Shown here in pieces: positions 44,634 to 54,496 of a DNA stretch of 64,000 nucleotides; the first letter of the stretch is position 1; each line of letters begins with the position of its first letter. Origin of the DNA: a virus; IMG/VR virus record IMGVR_UViG_3300022916_000006, positions 54,746-118,745 of that record. One strand, 5' to 3'. The translations under genes and the position numbers were made by a program. The notes below the pieces were generated by a model. The model was not told the DNA's origin, searched no databases, and saw nothing but the letters and a program-made list of their open reading frames with translations.

Positions 44634-44870
44634 ATGGATAGAAAAATAAAAACTCAAGAATTACTCGATAATGGATTCAGAGAAGTTATTAGTAGTTATA
44701 ATAACAAACCCGTTTTCGTTGGCTCACATGCATTATATTATTATGAGGCTGATTTCCTCTTTCTCAAGAGATTAACGGGTAGAAATATAATGATCGACAA
44801 TGTTGAATATAATATAGAATTACATTTCAAATTAGAAGGTGTTCCAGCTGGAATTTATGGAAAAGAATAA
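44634..44870 (+). CDS. Hypothetical protein
   Basis: In operon. Confidence 0.65.
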   Translation: MDRKIKTQELLDNGFREVISSYNNKPVFVGSHALYYYEADFLFLKRLTGRNIMIDNVEYNIELHFKLEGVPAGIYGKE

Positions 44871-45043
44871 ATGGAGAATTAAATGATAAAGTATCAAGTA
44901 ACATATCAATCGGGTAAAGTAATTGAAGTGGAAGTGCATCACCCAGGAGAAATATTAATGTATACTGCAAAAAATTCAGTTAAAAATGTCAAAAAGCTAT
45001 CAGAAAAGAAAACATAAAAGAAAAAAATGATTAATTAGTTAAG

Positions 45044-45083
45044 TACTATATATAAATATAGGATAGAATCACCAAGTCAACAA
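45044..45083 (-). promoter_or_regulatory. Class B promoter on the minus strand (antisense)
   Basis: Reverse complement TTGTTGACTTGGTGATTCTATCCTATATTTATATATAGTA is 36/40 identical to 57047-57086. Confidence 0.7.
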
Positions 45084-45147
45084 GTTTTTTGAAAAAAGAT
45101 GAAAATAAATGAAAAAAATAAAATAAATGAAAATAAATGAAGAAAAG

Positions 45148-45180
45148 TTGTTGACTTGCGACTTTTACCCTATATTTATT
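45148..45180 (+). promoter_or_regulatory. Class B promoter
   Basis: TTGTTGACTT...CCCTATATTTAT with an upstream TGAAAATAAA-repeat A-tract. Confidence 0.7.
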
Positions 45181-45222
45181 ATAAAAAAGATAATAATAAC
45201 TAAACAAAAGATTTTAATTCTA

Positions 45223-45270
45223 TATGTAGATTAAAATAAAGAAAGATATGTAGATTAAAATAAAGAAAGA
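45223..45270. repeat. 24-bp tandem duplication TATGTAGATTAAAATAAAGAAAGA
   Basis: 45223-45246 and 45247-45270. Confidence 0.85.
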
Positions 45271-45283
45271 TATATAATTTAAA

Positions 45284-45625
45284 ATGAATATTAATAATAT
45301 AAAACATTTTAATAGTGTTAATAATATCAGTATGGTTGATGGTTATAATTATTCATGGGAATATTCATATGATGATCGATCAGATGAAAAATCACTTAGT
45401 ATGTCAATATATGATAAAGAACATAGAACAGTTCATTTTTCATTTGATGTTAAAACTGATATATTATCGATTGTCCCAAATGCATTTTGTTACGAATCCT
45501 CAGATATGATTGAATTTAAATGCACACTTAAAGATGCAGAAATGTTAGTAAAGGCTTCATTGGAAGCAAATGGTACTGAACTGCCACCACTATTCGAAAA
45601 AAGAGAAAGTAATAATTTAAAATGA
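45284..45625 (+). CDS. Hypothetical protein
   Basis: First ORF after the class B promoter. Confidence 0.7.
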   Translation: MNINNIKHFNSVNNISMVDGYNYSWEYSYDDRSDEKSLSMSIYDKEHRTVHFSFDVKTDILSIVPNAFCYESSDMIEFKCTLKDAEMLVKASLEANGTELPPLFEKRESNNLK

Positions 45626-45939
45626 AAAAAGATAACAATGAAAAATATTATATCGTATCCGTTAATTGCAAATTTGATGGATATGTTATATTAGATGTGA
45701 ATGATAATTGGATACGTGCAAAAGAAATTATTAACAGTCACATATTCGAATCTCGCAAATCTGCCAATGATCATTATCTTGGAAGTGTTGATGAAATTAA
45801 TTTAGTCACTAGTGATTTCGAATCAACATTTATTGAAGATGTTAGTACAATACATGATTCGAAAATTAAAACAGATTGGTTTGATGTAGTGGTATCAGAA
45901 AAAGAATTAGATTCACTTACAATAGCAACATTATTATAA
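45622..45939 (+). CDS. MKYY family member (isolated)
   Basis: KYYIVS...W...FESRKSA...VSEKELDSLTIATLL. Confidence 0.8.
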   Translation: MKKDNNEKYYIVSVNCKFDGYVILDVNDNWIRAKEIINSHIFESRKSANDHYLGSVDEINLVTSDFESTFIEDVSTIHDSKIKTDWFDVVVSEKELDSLTIATLL

Positions 45940-45963
45940 CAAAATTATAAGGAAAAGGAAAAG

Positions 45964-46461
45964 ATGAAACATACAAAAATTAGAACATCTGTATTTGAAA
46001 CAAACAGCTCAAGTACTCACAGTATGTGCATTGCAAAAAATGCAACATTGACTGTACCAGATAAATTACATTTTGCATTTGGTGAATTTGGTTGGGAGTA
46101 TGAAACTTTAACTTCCGTTGGTGAGAAAGCTAGTTATATGTTCACTGGTTTATATAATTTAAATCGGATTGAAGAAATTAAAAAAGTAATTGGTATATTG
46201 GAAGCTGATGGTATTGAAATCACGTATGAAAGTAGAGATCAAAAAAACAAATCTGCTGATTGGTGGGATTATGATTCTGGTTATGTTGATCATATGCATG
46301 ACATGGGTAACTTTTTAACTGCTCTTGTTACTGATAAAGATAAATTAAAATCATATTTATTTTCACCACTCAGTTTCGTAATAACTGGAAATGATAATGA
46401 CGAAAGTGATACGGGCATTCATGTTGATTATGATCATGATGAATATTACAAACACAATTAA
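45964..46461 (+). CDS. Conserved hypothetical protein with FETNSSSTHS motif
   Basis: IRTSVFETNSSSTHS, GEFGWE, GYVDH; directly upstream of the radical SAM gene. Confidence 0.75.
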   Translation: MKHTKIRTSVFETNSSSTHSMCIAKNATLTVPDKLHFAFGEFGWEYETLTSVGEKASYMFTGLYNLNRIEEIKKVIGILEADGIEITYESRDQKNKSADWWDYDSGYVDHMHDMGNFLTALVTDKDKLKSYLFSPLSFVITGNDNDESDTGIHVDYDHDEYYKHN

Positions 46462-46483
46462 ATAAATAAAAAAAAAGGTTGAT

Positions 46484-47362
46484 GTGAATCAATTAGTAAA
46501 ATATATTAATGGTAATACTACTGTTACAATAATGGAAGATGGCACAAAAATACGTGAGTATGAAGGTGATCCTATTGTAGAACATCCAGAAAGCATTGAT
46601 GTTAAGATCACAGATTATTGTGATATGGGATGTGAATATTGTCACGAAGGATCGTCGGTAACAGGAGCACATGCTGATTTGACTACATTGTATGAAACGT
46701 TAAAGATACTCCCGTCTGGGGTTGAATTAGCTCTTGGTGGTGGCAATCCATTATCACATCCGAATCTATTTGAGTTTCTTGTTAAATTAAAAGATCATGG
46801 TTTCATTGCTAATATTACAATCAACCAAAATCATATCACCAGCAATTTTGAATTGATATCAGATTTGATTAATCATAAATTGGTACATGGAATTGGTATA
46901 TCAGTGGTTAATAATAATTTCATCAATAGCATACATCGATTGTTGCAGTTAACAAATAATATTGTATATCATGTGATTGCTGGTATTAATGAGATCACTA
47001 TCATCGATGATTTAAATCGGATGGATGATAATTGTAAAATATTAATATTAGGATATAAAAGATTTGGTCGTGGTGATCAATATTGGAATGTTAAAACACA
47101 TTGTAATCTACATGCATGGAAACATAATATGCGTAAATATATTACAAGTGGTGTGATATCATTTGACAATTTAGCACTTGAGCAATTGGAGATCAAAAAG
47201 TTATTAACGGTTGAAGCTTGGGATCAATTTTACATGGGTGATGATTTTACATTTTCAATGTACGTTGATGGTGTGAAAAGAGAATATGCACCAACGAGCA
47301 CAAGTGAAGAAAGACGAATGCTTTTTTCAGATATGTCTATATTAAAATATTTTAATGAGTAA
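46484..47362 (+). CDS. Radical SAM protein
   Basis: CDMGCEYC (CxxxCxxC), GGGNPL. Confidence 0.9.
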   Translation: MNQLVKYINGNTTVTIMEDGTKIREYEGDPIVEHPESIDVKITDYCDMGCEYCHEGSSVTGAHADLTTLYETLKILPSGVELALGGGNPLSHPNLFEFLVKLKDHGFIANITINQNHITSNFELISDLINHKLVHGIGISVVNNNFINSIHRLLQLTNNIVYHVIAGINEITIIDDLNRMDDNCKILILGYKRFGRGDQYWNVKTHCNLHAWKHNMRKYITSGVISFDNLALEQLEIKKLLTVEAWDQFYMGDDFTFSMYVDGVKREYAPTSTSEERRMLFSDMSILKYFNE

Positions 47363-47851
47363 ATATCATTTAATATTATATCCAATTGGGAGATTTGCAG
47401 AGTCAATAACAGAAGATTTTATGTCTGTTGTTTCATATCGAGCTAGAGACGATTGGTGTGGTGATGGGTGGTGGTGTGAAGATAAAACTTATGCTAAAAT
47501 ATTTAAATCAAAAGAGCAAGCATTACATGATCCAGCACAGAAAGAAGAAACTGTTGGACTTTTAGGAATGTCTATTGTTCCAGTTGATACTGCTGAAGCA
47601 TTTATTGTAGCAATGATGTTATGAAATATTACATATATGATCCACATGGATATTATGGAAAATTTGTTTATAGTAAAAATGGATGGACGGTGGATACAGT
47701 AGGTGCAAAACCATATAATTCATATGAAGAAGCTAAAGAGTATTTTGACGGGGCAGATTGGGGTGAGATGGAGACAGAAAATGGGATGCAGGAAATGAAA
47801 TATCATTACATAATATTAGATGAAAATGAAATTATACCATATCTATTATGA
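47355..47851 (+). other. MKYY family pair (47355-47624, 47621-47851)
   Basis: Shared motifs; appended to the radical SAM gene end. Confidence 0.8.
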
Positions 47852-48043
47852 AAAATTACGGTGTATTTTTTTAGATTTGGATCAGGACATGATAGATATA
47901 CTGGAGATGTTGACGCAGAAACAGCTAAAGAGGTGTTCGAATTAGCAATTGAAAAATATTTTGATGATATTGTGAAAAAAATAAAAAAAGTAGTTTAATA
48001 TATATAATATGTTTTAAATTACACTGTAAATGAGAAATAAAAA

Positions 48044-49219
48044 ATGAAACAAAAAAAAAGGAAAAATATGGAAGTAAAACTTCAAGAACTAAATGCTAAA
48101 TTAATGGCATTGAGTAATAAGATTGACGATGTTATATATAGCGAGAAACTGCAACATATGATATTGGAGATGCAGGAGGATGTGCTAAGTATGCAAATGA
48201 TTTCTGTTAAAATGAAAAAGTCTAAATTGAGTATTGAGCAACAATGTGATATTGTAAAATCAGATGATGTACTTGAACCAACGGATACTTCAAAGTCCAA
48301 TGGTGGTAATGGTAATGCAAAAATTGAATTGATTACACGGGAGTCATTTAAAGCTATGAGAAATGCTAAAAATCTCACTGCTAAATATGTGGAAGCTAAT
48401 ACAGGAGTTCCAATGCATGCGGTCTATACGTCTGAAAATCTCAATCTTAACGTTAAGGATGAATATATTAGTATATTACAAACTTACTATGCATCTGATG
48501 ATTATAATAAAATTGCAACTCGTGATAAATCAAATGATTCAATTGATAACATTAAAGTTTGTAGAGCCAATTTCAAAAAACTTAGACTTAGAAAAAATAT
48601 ATCTGGATATAAAGTCGCTGAAATTGTGGGTGTTAGTGATTGTTCGATATATTCTGCTGAAAATGTTAAAAAATATGCAGTATCTAAGGATATGATTAAT
48701 CGAATATCTAAATTTTATATGTCTGATTATTATAAAAATATCAATATTCAATCTAACAATAAAACTATTAATATGTTTCCAAAATTGAATATGATTGAAG
48801 TATGTAGAGATAATTTTAAATTACTCAGAAATTTAAAAAACTTATCTGCTGTTAAAATGGGTATGCTTATAGGAATTTCTCAAAAGACGATATATAAAGC
48901 TGAGAATGTTGATAACGATACCGTGTCAAATATAATGATTAAACGCATAACGTATTTTTTTAATTCTACTGTTTATAAGAAAATGAGTGAAGAAATTAAA
49001 CCGTCTAAAGTTAAATCAAACCAGACTATACTTAACAACGCATCAGATGATTTATCAGGAATACAATTGAGATTGATGAGACTGAAACGTAAACTTACAC
49101 AATTGGAAGTATGTAATGCAATTCAAATATCAGCTCCAACATTAAGTAGACTTGAATGTGATGGTGGTTCTAGGTTAGAAACTAGATTACGAGTATTTAA
49201 TTATTATAACTCATTATAA
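48044..49219 (+). CDS. DNA-binding protein with four tandem XRE/Cro-type HTH units
   Basis: Repeated (F/L)-x-x-(L/M)R-x-x-K-x-(L/I)(S/T)...(G/Q)(V/I)S...E units; N-terminal coiled coil. Confidence 0.8.
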   Translation: MKQKKRKNMEVKLQELNAKLMALSNKIDDVIYSEKLQHMILEMQEDVLSMQMISVKMKKSKLSIEQQCDIVKSDDVLEPTDTSKSNGGNGNAKIELITRESFKAMRNAKNLTAKYVEANTGVPMHAVYTSENLNLNVKDEYISILQTYYASDDYNKIATRDKSNDSIDNIKVCRANFKKLRLRKNISGYKVAEIVGVSDCSIYSAENVKKYAVSKDMINRISKFYMSDYYKNINIQSNNKTINMFPKLNMIEVCRDNFKLLRNLKNLSAVKMGMLIGISQKTIYKAENVDNDTVSNIMIKRITYFFNSTVYKKMSEEIKPSKVKSNQTILNNASDDLSGIQLRLMRLKRKLTQLEVCNAIQISAPTLSRLECDGGSRLETRLRVFNYYNSL

Positions 49220-49358
49220 TATAATAATATAACGTATGATGAATAATTATAATGAATGTAGAGTCCACATATCAGACAATGATGATATGGTTTGCAATAG
49301 TATCATGTTACTTAATGCTACATTCATTATAATTTCTAATTAACAGTTAAAGGACAAC

Positions 49359-49796
49359 ATGAATTTAAACAAATTTAAATCAATACTACGTAAGATAAGT
49401 ATCTATGTTAATAATATTAAAGCACTCCGATTTATAATATTATGGACAACGATCTTGATATTATTTCGATATTTGATAGTAAACATATTTTTGTGGGGTG
49501 CCAGTAAAAATTGTATGGGGTCTGGTGAGATATTTATGTCAATGGTTGGATTTTTCTCCATTATATTTACATGTTTTGGTATGATTATGGTGATTGCTAT
49601 TGGTATAGAATGGGCAAAAGATTCAAAATCGTTTTATCATGAAGTACGAGTTGATTTATTGAAAATGTGGTTCATATTAAAATGTAAAGTTTATGATAAT
49701 CTCAATAAAGTGAAAACTTCAATAGATAATGCTAATCGAGAAGTTAAAGATTCACCACATAAAACAAATCAGGAAATTGAGGATTTAGACGAATGA
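49359..49796 (+). CDS. Membrane protein (2 TM)
   Basis: Hydrophobic segments; resembles 49793-50155. Confidence 0.7.
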   Translation: MNLNKFKSILRKISIYVNNIKALRFIILWTTILILFRYLIVNIFLWGASKNCMGSGEIFMSMVGFFSIIFTCFGMIMVIAIGIEWAKDSKSFYHEVRVDLLKMWFILKCKVYDNLNKVKTSIDNANREVKDSPHKTNQEIEDLDE

Positions 49797-50155
49797 TTTC
49801 ATTAAAATCGTTATACGATTCTATTTATGTGCGCAACAGTATTATATATATTAATAATATGCCAATATTAAGACTGTTAATATCAGCTATATTAATCATA
49901 TTACATTTTATTGTTGGTATATATTTCTTATTCATGTTTCCAGATTACAGTGTAATAATGCCAGCACTTTTTATTGGGATTAGTTTGTTTATGATAGTTA
50001 GTGAGATATGGGTTGCTATTTGTTGGATAGAAGACCCAGTTCAATTATATAATGATATATTAGTTATAATAGATAAGACTTATGGTAATGTTAAAGACTC
50101 GTATGAAAACGCTAATAAACAAATTGAGGAGTTAGATAATGAAACCGATAAATAA
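49793..50155 (+). CDS. Membrane protein (2 TM)
   Basis: ATGA overlap; C-terminal ANKQIEELD resembles the neighbour. Confidence 0.7.
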   Translation: MISLKSLYDSIYVRNSIIYINNMPILRLLISAILIILHFIVGIYFLFMFPDYSVIMPALFIGISLFMIVSEIWVAICWIEDPVQLYNDILVIIDKTYGNVKDSYENANKQIEELDNETDK

Positions 50156-50552
50156 CAGATTAGAAATATTGGATATAATATGCACGGTGATAGTTGGATT
50201 TACACTATTGACAGGTTTTGTTATAGCAATGGCATTAAATAAGACTGATGATACTTTAAAATTGGTAAATGCTATATTATTAGGAATTGGCCCATTATTT
50301 GTATTAACTACAATGTTATTGAGATATATGTATAAAGTCAGTGGAGATTTAAATAAGTTTCTACATATATTGATTGGTAAAATCTTTATGATAAAATTAA
50401 TTGTTGTATTGTTATTAGTTGTATTTGGTGTGGTATTTCAATTACCAATAAAATTATATATATTCATATTACTTGGTGCGTTTATTGTGACACATCATAT
50501 TGAAGCATATTTTGCTTACACTTTATTCTTAGAGGGGAACATAAAAAAATGA
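50139..50552 (+). CDS. Membrane protein (4 TM)
   Basis: Four hydrophobic segments; GAGG RBS. Confidence 0.75.
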   Translation: MKPINNRLEILDIICTVIVGFTLLTGFVIAMALNKTDDTLKLVNAILLGIGPLFVLTTMLLRYMYKVSGDLNKFLHILIGKIFMIKLIVVLLLVVFGVVFQLPIKLYIFILLGAFIVTHHIEAYFAYTLFLEGNIKK

Positions 50553-50896
50553 AATCATCAGCAGACAAACAAAAAGTAGAAATAACAGTAGCTGAATTTA
50601 TGGAATTTAATGAACTTAAAGAACATGAAAAGATGGTTAAAATTATTAATAAAACTGAATATATGGGGCATGATAATAGAAAATGGGTTTCATCAGATAT
50701 ATCCTGGAAATCAGATGGTAAGTGTTGGATGCATCTTGCGGCTAAGTTAAGTAGCCAAAGTGATAAATTAAGAGATTTAGTTAAAGAAAATAAAAAACTA
50801 AAACGAACCAAGGATGATAAAAAATCAAGTTTGGAATTTTTATTCAATTCAATAAAAAATACAATGAAACCTATGTGGAGATGGTATACAAGATGA
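50549..50896 (+). CDS. Hypothetical protein, coiled coil
   Basis: ATGA overlap. Confidence 0.7.
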   Translation: MKSSADKQKVEITVAEFMEFNELKEHEKMVKIINKTEYMGHDNRKWVSSDISWKSDGKCWMHLAAKLSSQSDKLRDLVKENKKLKRTKDDKKSSLEFLFNSIKNTMKPMWRWYTR

Positions 50897-51780
50897 GTAC
50901 AGCTATATTAAATCTAACAGATGGATTTGAACCATATTTTGAAACATCTCTACCAGAGTTTAATTATGATTCATTCATATTTAATGGGGGAGAAGTTCAT
51001 TTTAAACTTGATCTTCATAATATGGGCTATCCAGCATATGATAAAGTCATAATCACATCTAGAGCATCATGTAGTGATGATATCATGAGAATATTAATTG
51101 CTAAAGATGCATTAGAACGTACTGGTGTTAAATCATTTGAATTGATAATGCCATATATCCCATATGCTCGTCAAGATAGAGTATGCGATGAAGGTGAATC
51201 GTTTTCATTGAAAGTATTTGCTAATATAATTAATTCAGCTGAATTTGATAAAGTGATAACATTAGATGCACATTCATTAGTGGCTCCTGCATTATTAAAC
51301 AATTGTGTTGATGGTAGTAATGAATCATACATATTAAATTCGGGACATGCTACTTGGAGAATTTTACAAGATGAAACAAAAGAATTATTATTAATATCAC
51401 CAGATATGGGAGCTAATAAGAAGTCTGAAAAATTAATGAGAGATTCTGATTTCAAAGAAATGATTCAATGTGATAAGACTCGTGATCCAAAGACTGGAAA
51501 ATTAACAGGATTCAAAGTACTTGCTGATGATCTTGGTGGATTACCGTGTTTGATTGCTGATGATGTTTGTGATGGTGGTGGAACTTTTATGGGATTAGCA
51601 GTAGAATTGAAAAAGAAAAATGCTGGTAATTTATATTTGTTTGTTACACATGGGATTTTCTCAAATGGATTTGATGAATTAAAGAAACATTTTAAATTGA
51701 TTTTTTGTACTGATTCATTCAGTGATTTGAGTGACAATGATAATGTTATACAATATAAGGTTGAAATATATAATATATGA
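50893..51780 (+). CDS. prs: Ribose-phosphate pyrophosphokinase-like protein (possible ADPR-PP synthetase)
   Basis: PYIPYARQDR, TLDAHS, SPDMGA, IADDVCDGGGTF, VTHGIFS; start corrected to MSTAIL. Confidence 0.9.
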   Translation: MSTAILNLTDGFEPYFETSLPEFNYDSFIFNGGEVHFKLDLHNMGYPAYDKVIITSRASCSDDIMRILIAKDALERTGVKSFELIMPYIPYARQDRVCDEGESFSLKVFANIINSAEFDKVITLDAHSLVAPALLNNCVDGSNESYILNSGHATWRILQDETKELLLISPDMGANKKSEKLMRDSDFKEMIQCDKTRDPKTGKLTGFKVLADDLGGLPCLIADDVCDGGGTFMGLAVELKKKNAGNLYLFVTHGIFSNGFDELKKHFKLIFCTDSFSDLSDNDNVIQYKVEIYNI

Positions 51781-52745
51781 GTAGTATTGTTTTTACACCT
51801 AAAGATAAGCATCAAGCAATGATATTGATGGGTTTACCATTATCTGGTAAGAGTACGTGGATAGAAGATAATGTAACATTTGATGATAATATAAAATTAG
51901 TATCAGCAGATGATATAAAAGAAGCTCATCCTGATTATGATCCAAATCGTGCATGTGATTTACATCAGTATAGTGTAAAAGAAGCTAGAAAATTGATGGA
52001 TGAATATTCAGATAAGAAGCTTGATATTGTAATGGATGGTGGTGGTATAAATAATAATTATACTATTGAAATAATAAAAATGTTACGAAAGAAACGATAT
52101 ACTATAGGACTGGTACATATAAAAACACCATATACTGTGTGTATTGAACGAAATAAAAATAGAACGAGAAAAGTTCCAGATGAAGATATAATATATAAAG
52201 CAATACGAGAAAATGCACAGCGACATAAATTATCGATGTATGTTGATAAAATACATGTTGTTGATTATTTTTCAAACAAACATATCTTTGTTGATATGGA
52301 TGGAGTGATTGCCGCATTATCTACACTACCAATAATAAATGGTGAGATTGATTTTGTAAATGCTGAAGTTCATAAATACTTAAAACCAGTACATCAAGTA
52401 ATTAGTAAATTAAGAGAATTACAATTTAAAGGTCATGAGTTATATATATTATCAGCCATACCAAATTCATTTGCATATACAGAAAAGAATGAGTGGTTAG
52501 ATCGACATTTCAATATTCCAATTGATCGACGATTTTTTGTAAATCAAGGTAGACATAAAGTTGAGATGTTATGTAACCTAGCTGATAAATTAAAATTAGA
52601 TAGAAAAGACGTTACGATGTTAGATGATATACATGATACGTTATATAAAGTGAAAAGCCGTGGAATGAATAGTATGCATGTATCAGAATTTCTAGCAAAA
52701 GTTTTTGTACCAATTAATAATGATAAAAATAAAAAGGATAAATAA
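51777..52745 (+). CDS. P-loop kinase plus HAD phosphatase fusion (PNKP/5'-nucleotidase-like architecture)
   Basis: GLPLSGKST; IFVDMDGVIA; LYILSA; MLDD. Confidence 0.85.
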   Translation: MSSIVFTPKDKHQAMILMGLPLSGKSTWIEDNVTFDDNIKLVSADDIKEAHPDYDPNRACDLHQYSVKEARKLMDEYSDKKLDIVMDGGGINNNYTIEIIKMLRKKRYTIGLVHIKTPYTVCIERNKNRTRKVPDEDIIYKAIRENAQRHKLSMYVDKIHVVDYFSNKHIFVDMDGVIAALSTLPIINGEIDFVNAEVHKYLKPVHQVISKLRELQFKGHELYILSAIPNSFAYTEKNEWLDRHFNIPIDRRFFVNQGRHKVEMLCNLADKLKLDRKDVTMLDDIHDTLYKVKSRGMNSMHVSEFLAKVFVPINNDKNKKDK

Positions 52746-52747
52746 AA

Positions 52748-54208
52748 ATGAATATTAACAGTTTACTAATCAGTGATGCATATAAACAATCACACAGAAT
52801 TCAATATCCAGAAGGAACAACATTGGTATATTCAAACTGGACACCAAGAAGTGATCGACATTCAGTAACGAAAGGTGGAGTTGTCGTATTTGGAATACAA
52901 GCATTTTTGAAAAAAATAACAAAAGAGTTTAATGATAATTTCTTTTCAATGCCTCATGATATTGTGGTTGATTCGTATAAACAAGGATATCTTGAATATT
53001 TTGGAACTGAAACTGATGCTCAACATGTTAAAGATTTACATGACTTAGGGTATTTACCAATTTGTGTGAAAGCATTACCAGAAGGTTCTATTTGTCCAAT
53101 TGGTGTTCCAATGTTGACGATATGGAATTCAATACCAAAGTTCTTCTGGATTACCAATTTTTTAGAAACGATCATGTCAACTGAATTATGGTTACCAATG
53201 ACATCAGCAACAATTGCAAAAGAATATAATAACATATTGATGGGCTGGGCGACTTGGACTTGTGATAATTATGATCACATTCCATTTCAAGCTCATGACT
53301 TTTCGATGAGAGGTATGAGTGGATTAGAATCAGCATCAGCAAGTGGAGCTGGACATTTGTTATCTTCATCTGGAAGTGATACAATTCCTGCTGTTTATTA
53401 CTTAAAAGAGTATTATCATGCAGACGCATCAAAAGAATTAATTGGTGTAAGTATTCCAGCTACGGAACATTCTGTAATGAGTATGGGCACGCAAACTGAC
53501 GAGTTGGGCACGTTTCGAAGACTTATCACAGAAACATACCCAAACGGTCTTCTATCGATAGTTTCAGACACCTGGGACCTGTGGAAAGTGTTAACAGAAT
53601 ATGTACCAGCATTAAAAAACGAAATCATGGCACGAGATGGTAAAATTGTAATCAGACCAGATAGTGGAAATCCAGTTGATATTATTTGTGGTGATTCTCA
53701 TGCTGAATATGGCACTCCACAAAGTAAAGGTGTAATTGAATTACTTTGGGATATTTTTGGTGGAACTGTGAATGATAAAACATATCGTGTATTGGATGAA
53801 CACATTGGTGCTATATATGGTGATGCAATCACATTAGCACGAGCTGATGAAATACTCAGACGATTAGAAATTAAAGGGTTTGCAAGCTCAAATATCGTAT
53901 TTGGTGTTGGTAGTTATACATATCAGTATAATACACGAGATACATATGGATTCGCTATGAAAGCGACATATGGTGAAGTTAATCATAATGGTAGAGCAAT
54001 CTACAAGAATCCAGTGACAGATTTAGGTGGTGCAAAAAAATCATTAAAAGGTTTGATTCGTGTTGAACTTGAAAATGGAAAATATGTTGCCCATGATGAA
54101 TGTAGTTGGGTGACTGAAAATACAGGTGAATTAATTGAAGTATATGCTAATGGTAAATTCGAAAAAGAATATACGTTAAGCGAAATAAGAGAACGATTAA
54201 ACGGATAA
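52748..54208 (+). CDS. nadV: Nicotinamide phosphoribosyltransferase-like protein
   Basis: SDAYKQSH, HDFSMRG, IPATEHSVM, SIVSDTWD, VIRPDSG, GAIYGDAIT, FGVGSYTYQ. Confidence 0.95.
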   Translation: MNINSLLISDAYKQSHRIQYPEGTTLVYSNWTPRSDRHSVTKGGVVVFGIQAFLKKITKEFNDNFFSMPHDIVVDSYKQGYLEYFGTETDAQHVKDLHDLGYLPICVKALPEGSICPIGVPMLTIWNSIPKFFWITNFLETIMSTELWLPMTSATIAKEYNNILMGWATWTCDNYDHIPFQAHDFSMRGMSGLESASASGAGHLLSSSGSDTIPAVYYLKEYYHADASKELIGVSIPATEHSVMSMGTQTDELGTFRRLITETYPNGLLSIVSDTWDLWKVLTEYVPALKNEIMARDGKIVIRPDSGNPVDIICGDSHAEYGTPQSKGVIELLWDIFGGTVNDKTYRVLDEHIGAIYGDAITLARADEILRRLEIKGFASSNIVFGVGSYTYQYNTRDTYGFAMKATYGEVNHNGRAIYKNPVTDLGGAKKSLKGLIRVELENGKYVAHDECSWVTENTGELIEVYANGKFEKEYTLSEIRERLNG

Positions 54209-54217
54209 TATAATCTA

Positions 54218-54496
54218 ATGATGAACAAACGATTAAAAATGGTATTGTACAAAGAACCAAATAAACACTTATGTATATTTGGTAACTCTGAACATCTAAT
54301 TGGTCGGCATGTTGATATTCGTGATGAAAAGTATATTTCATTGAAAACTGATATTGAACATTCATCTGGTGTATTAATTGGATTAGAATCTGAGTTGATT
54401 GCGCCAGTTAAAGTCATTGTAGATAAATATGAATTAAATAAGGAATATGTACAGTATGTTATGTTATATAGTGTTACGGATATTTACGTAAAATGA
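54218..54496 (+). CDS. Hypothetical protein
   Basis: In operon. Confidence 0.6.
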   Translation: MMNKRLKMVLYKEPNKHLCIFGNSEHLIGRHVDIRDEKYISLKTDIEHSSGVLIGLESELIAPVKVIVDKYELNKEYVQYVMLYSVTDIYVK

